Below, piece by piece: positions 59,666 through 64,000 of a DNA stretch of 64,000 nucleotides; the first letter of the stretch is position 1; the number at the start of each line of letters is the position of its first letter. This stretch comes from an uncultured Nitrososphaerales archaeon (GTDB lineage Archaea > Thermoproteota > Nitrososphaeria > Nitrososphaerales > Nitrososphaeraceae): the NCBI GenBank assembly GCA_963713605.1, contig CAVQMO010000003.1:256001-320000 (forward strand), written 5' to 3'. The notes beneath the pieces are model-generated. The model had not been told where the DNA came from. It ran no database searches and worked only from the letters and a program-made list of their open reading frames with translations. The translations under genes and the position numbers were made by a program.

Positions 59666-60072
59666 CAGACCTGCCCCAGGGGAACGGGATATTTAGCTTC
59701 TGGAGACTGTGTAGTTGACAAATACTATAGTTACCTGAGCACCATTAGCAAGTTCTCGTATAAATCTGTCGTGAGTATCGGATCCGCCAAGGACCCATCC
59801 ACCACCATGAAAGTACACTACAACATGTAGAATTATGTTATGAGAACCTGGAGGGCGCACGATCTGGACAGATAATTCGCCAGTAGGGCCACCTGGAATA
59901 CTGCGGTTCTCTATATCAGCGTCAAGTTTATCAATAGGAGCTGCCTGAACGCTCGAAAGGACTTTACGTGCTCCGGTGATAATTTATAGATCGGCGGCCC
60001 TGAATTCTTTTGCAAACTTTCCAGGAATGCTCGAGTATTCTGCTTTACTCTAGAATAATCATATTTGCCCAT
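59666..60072 (-). pseudogene. HSL-family esterase/lipase N-terminal half (not in ORF track)
   Basis: GPPIYKLSP, IPGGPTGELSVQIVRP, VVYFHGGGWVLGGSDTHDRFIRELANG, SPEAKYPVP; truncated before the GDSAG nucleophile. Confidence 0.8.
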
Positions 60073-60179
60073 ATTCGCTAAAACCTTTCTTCTTACGTAT
60101 AACTATATCTTTATCACACTACACGCGGCTATAACCTCTATACCGGAGTTACTGCAAACCAATCAGCACAAAAAAATCA

Positions 60180-60461
60180 TCATTCCTTGAATACTTCATC
60201 TACGAAACACCATTTCCAATTCTCTCCAGGTTCGTATGATCTGATGACTGGATGTCCACTTGAAAGGAAATGTTTTGTTCCGTGTTTATTAATAGATTGA
60301 TCACAGCATCCAACATGGCCGCAACTTAAACATAGACGCAGGTGTACCCACGGGGACCCGATTTGTAGACACTCTTCACAGCCATCTGGAGTTCTGGGGG
60401 TGACATTCTTTATTTCCTTCTCTATGTGAATACATGATGGGTCGTCTTCTTTTCGATGCAT
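60180..60461 (-). CDS. UBP-type zinc finger protein
   Basis: CEEC..WVHLRLCLSCGHVGCCDQS..HGTKHF..WKWCFVD. Confidence 0.92.
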   Translation of the reverse strand: MHRKEDDPSCIHIEKEIKNVTPRTPDGCEECLQIGSPWVHLRLCLSCGHVGCCDQSINKHGTKHFLSSGHPVIRSYEPGENWKWCFVDEVFKE

Positions 60462-60864
60462 CTGTATGTTTATGCACGTTCACTCCTTTATGTTTAGCGT
60501 AAGCATTAGTAGTAGTTAACAGGGTTATTGCTTCTTCACGTCTTTGTGTAACCAAATATGATGGTTCATCTACTTATTTCCTATAGGACAGGCCTTCTAA
60601 TCAGTGTAGAATATTCAAAATAGAGAGAAAAATATCTTTAGGAAAAATAGTCAAAAGATAAAGGAAGCAAATTAATCCATAGGCGGGAAAATCTGAAAAA
60701 GGTCAAATTTTAAAAAAATAAAAAGAAAATGTTCTCGGACATGGGGCATTATGTTTATTTTATCTGCACGGAGATAAAATACTTCAAATGAATAAATCGT
60801 TCACAGCCTATGTGTGAGCGTGATGTAACTAGCGATAGCAATGAAATTGTAATCACCATGATTC

Positions 60865-61797
60865 TCATATTGGTTTGAAAACCTGGATACGAGTATTGCC
60901 AGTATCTGCTACGTATACTGTTCCAGTTTCTTTATCAACACCCACACCTTCAGGACCACTTAGTTGGCCATCACCAGCACCAACTTCCCCAAACTTTGCT
61001 AGGAATTGCCCATCATTCGTAAATATCTGTATCCTGTTATTGTTTTTATCAGTCACATAGATATTGTCATTTGCATCTATCGAGAGACCTGAGGGTCCGT
61101 GGAATTGCCCATCAGCTGTTCCCTTGCTTCCCCAAGCTTTGATGAACTTGCCATCATTTGTAAACTTTTGAATTCTGTCGTTGCCATAATCTGCAATATA
61201 CACATTTCCAATGGAATCGACTATGGAGCTTTCTGGCTTTGACAATTGCCCATCAGCTTCACCTTCGGTCCCCCACTTCATGATGAATGTCCCATTGTCA
61301 TCAAATACCTGTACATTTGCCAAATCTCTATCGGTTACAAATAACTTTCCTTCTGCATCATTTGCAGGTACATGAGGATGCAAAAATTGTCCGTCAGCTG
61401 CGCCCATAGTTCCCCACGTCTTGATGAACTTGCCATCATTTGTAAATTTCTGGACCCTATAATTGAATTGATCGGCGACATAGATATTTCCTTCAGAATC
61501 CATGGATAATGCGGATGCTTTATGAAATTGTCCATCGCCCTCGCCCCCCTCGCCAAACTTTGTAATAAAGTTACCTTCAGAATCAAAAATTTGAATCCTG
61601 TGGTTGGCATAATCAGCAACATATACTCTTCCGTTGTAGAAATCTACGTCGTTTTGTCCATCAAATTGTCCATCAGCTTCACCCAGCGATCCCCACTTTG
61701 TATAGTAATTGAATGCTGTAGACTGTCCCATTACGTGTGTGATTGACAAAATGAATGAGACTAGTATACCAAGGCAAAGACCAGGTACTAAAACCAA
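60865..61797 (-). CDS. secreted NHL-repeat beta-propeller protein
   Basis: Signal peptide and six WG..G..DGQF..P..YVAD..N.RIQ.F repeats. Confidence 0.92.
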   Translation of the reverse strand: MVLVPGLCLGILVSFILSITHVMGQSTAFNYYTKWGSLGEADGQFDGQNDVDFYNGRVYVADYANHRIQIFDSEGNFITKFGEGGEGDGQFHKASALSMDSEGNIYVADQFNYRVQKFTNDGKFIKTWGTMGAADGQFLHPHVPANDAEGKLFVTDRDLANVQVFDDNGTFIMKWGTEGEADGQLSKPESSIVDSIGNVYIADYGNDRIQKFTNDGKFIKAWGSKGTADGQFHGPSGLSIDANDNIYVTDKNNNRIQIFTNDGQFLAKFGEVGAGDGQLSGPEGVGVDKETGTVYVADTGNTRIQVFKPI

Positions 61798-63062
61798 CTA
61801 TAATCTTGTTGGAGAATAGCATGAATGCCTATATCAAGGCAAAGATTTATGCATTATACAACTCTCTTCTATTTTTTAGTATCAAGAAGATGAAAGCAAA
61901 TGTTCATAGAACAGAATTTATCTAGAGTTGAGGTTCATATAGAAAAATTTGAGGACTCTATGACCAAAATCGTCAAGCTTGAGTTATCTTTAGAGGAGAC
62001 GAAAAAACTGGTCGAGCTATTGGAAAAATCGACAATTAGAAATAATGATGATGGTGCATGATGGATAAATAGTACATCATGAGCATGCCAAGTACCAAAA
62101 TAGCTTATTCTTTTATTCTATCCACATGCATTGAGAGAACTTGATAGTAGAATTATGATAAGAAAATGGTGGGATGAGAACCTCTTTCCTAAAGGGTTGA
62201 ATGGCTGCAAAAACTCAGAAAAGAGACTCCACCATTTTTTATATGCACTGATATCAGTACGATTGCATATGTTAAATCCGTCTGTTGAACAAATTAAAAT
62301 ACCCTTCCTAAAGAATTTGGTTTATTTTGAAAGTTAATATAGATCATAGTTAGCAAATATTCGGACCTTAACTGATATTCCTTGGAGATGAGAGAATGGA
62401 ATTTGATGCCATTTATCATATCATCTCTACGTCGTGCTATTACAGTGATAACGGTATTGTATGATGAAAACAATAACTACTGTAGGTATATAGAAAAAAT
62501 GAAAACTATACAGAATGAATAAATCTTCTTAACCAGTATTCATGATTGGCAATGCAAGAGCGAGAATATTTTCGCCAGGTATGCTTGACGATTATACACA
62601 GAAACAGGAGAGTCAATTTTGCGGGCAGTCGTTGATAATCATGGCATGCTTTTATTTGGTCAGTCGTCTGCCAAAAACTATGCTGCCTGTATAAGACGAA
62701 GTGAAGCGATCAAGTTATCATCTTCAAATGATGCATTATGCTTTTGTGGACCTAAAAATGAGGCATACCACTTCTTCAATAACTGCCTTGTCCCTGTCAT
62801 AAGACTTTGCAATAATGCTGAAAGACATGTCGCCGCCAACCGAGCTCAGAAAGAGCTAATGTCGCTATATGATATAATATCGCCAGTAAATAGATTTGTT
62901 AAGATTGGAATCATGCCATTGAATAAAAGAAAGGACAGGTTCCTGTGTGTCTATACTGATCACAGAGATATTGAAACACAAATATTAGCACAGTCCTAAC
63001 AGAACGAATCACTAGTGATATGAGTACACGAGAAATAACCTATATTACACAATGCCTTTTAT

Positions 63063-63218
63063 ATGAGAGAGGCAGCAAGAATACAAGAAGTCACATTGAG
63101 ATACTGTAGCAGTTGTCGCAAACAGCTATCGGTGATTGAAAGAGGGTTATTTGTTGAAGACGATTGTGCCGTGTGCAGAGATTGTTGGATTAACCAGAAT
63201 TTTGAACCAACTAACTAG
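63063..63218 (+). CDS. 51-aa CxxC..CxxC zinc-finger microprotein (not in ORF track)
   Basis: MREAARIQEVTLRYCSSCRKQLSVIERGLFVEDDCAVCRDCWINQNFEPTN*. Confidence 0.55.
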   Translation: MREAARIQEVTLRYCSSCRKQLSVIERGLFVEDDCAVCRDCWINQNFEPTN

Positions 63219-63520
63219 ATACCAAAGCTAGGTGGCGAAGAGGGGGAAGACTAGCCCGTTCTCAATCCCTCTATACGATCTAACGACACAATATCCTCAT
63301 GGCCATGACACAAGATCCTTACTATATTAGAATTTGACCAAATAATACTACCCCTCTAAAGGTAGGCGACCGACTATTGCCATGACCATGTTAAACATGG
63401 CCGCCCCTTCCTTTTGATTCATTCAATATACTATATGATCTAAATGTCATTGTGTCTTAAAGTAATCTTGGTAAGAGGAGCGACATATACATAGACAGAC
63501 TTGGGTAAGCGATAGGTATC

Positions 63521-63793
63521 TTGCCTTACCCAAGTTCGGGTTCTTACCGACCGTCTACCTGTTGTTATTATACTATTGTGAATAAGTTAATAAGGTATGT
63601 TGCCTTTAAGGTATTAGAATTAGATTTGGGTAAGTGGAAATGCATATGGTGTTCTAAAGTCTTGGAAGGTGAGTCATTTATGGATCTAATTGCAGCAAGC
63701 ACGAAAGAAGAAGGTGGACAACATGTCCACGGCTGGGAAAACATAGCGTTACTAGAGGAGGAAGCCACCCTATCGAATAAACTGCTGGCCTAG
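63521..63793 (+). CDS. small Zn-binding hypothetical protein
   Basis: WKCIWCSK..HVHGW; true start probably downstream of 63521. Confidence 0.5.
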   Translation: MPYPSSGSYRPSTCCYYTIVNKLIRYVAFKVLELDLGKWKCIWCSKVLEGESFMDLIAASTKEEGGQHVHGWENIALLEEEATLSNKLLA

Positions 63794-64000
63794 TCTATCT
63801 TATTTTTTCTATCGATAATTTCCTTCTACAGACTTAAGTGAATGACTTGGATTTAGCGAGCACAGGTCATGTCATAAACAGTTCATTAAACGGAGAGGCA
63901 CAACTTCCTTGCCAGAAATGTGGTGAGATGAATAATTAGAATTGATTAGAACTAGAATTGATTAGAATTGACAAACAGGAAATACTACTTCAGTTTCTAA

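Noticed and set aside
62619..62999. 126-aa ORF
   Set aside because: No recognisable motif or convincing start; cannot be supported as a gene

Overview
AT-rich archaeal DNA whose gene content and protein styles point to a soil ammonia-oxidising archaeon of the Nitrososphaeraceae. This is an inference from TRAM, PPOX-like, NHL, CBS, TrmB-like sensor kinase and pdaD genes and many lineage-typical secreted and Zn-finger microproteins. It is an accessory-type region with no rRNA, tRNA or CRISPR array that I could see. Recognisable genes include a CPA2 antiporter, an ABC-2 exporter, GlmU-like and LpxD-like beta-helix proteins, a phosphoribosyltransferase plus adenine deaminase, a SufR-like regulator plus FMN reductase, glmS, a histidine kinase, pstS, pdaD, an MFS transporter, a DsbA-like protein and an NHL protein. 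Most long genes are split by single-base frameshifts, including glmS, so many breaks are probably long-read assembly errors, although several genuine chimeric or decayed relics are also present. The best candidate for an undescribed system is a tandem array of at least 3 small secreted Asn/Gln-rich C-x10-C proteins at the left edge with a loose chaplin-like character. Also notable are two unannotated LEA-like 11-mer microproteins, a SufR-type operator pair, a hidden arsM pseudogene beside a Cys-Cys HxlR regulator, a small decayed defence-like islet (YgjP-like peptidase, proteasome-like Ntn relic, HEPN protein) and a structured non-coding element near 20.35-20.66 kb. All family calls come from motif recognition by eye; no searches were run.
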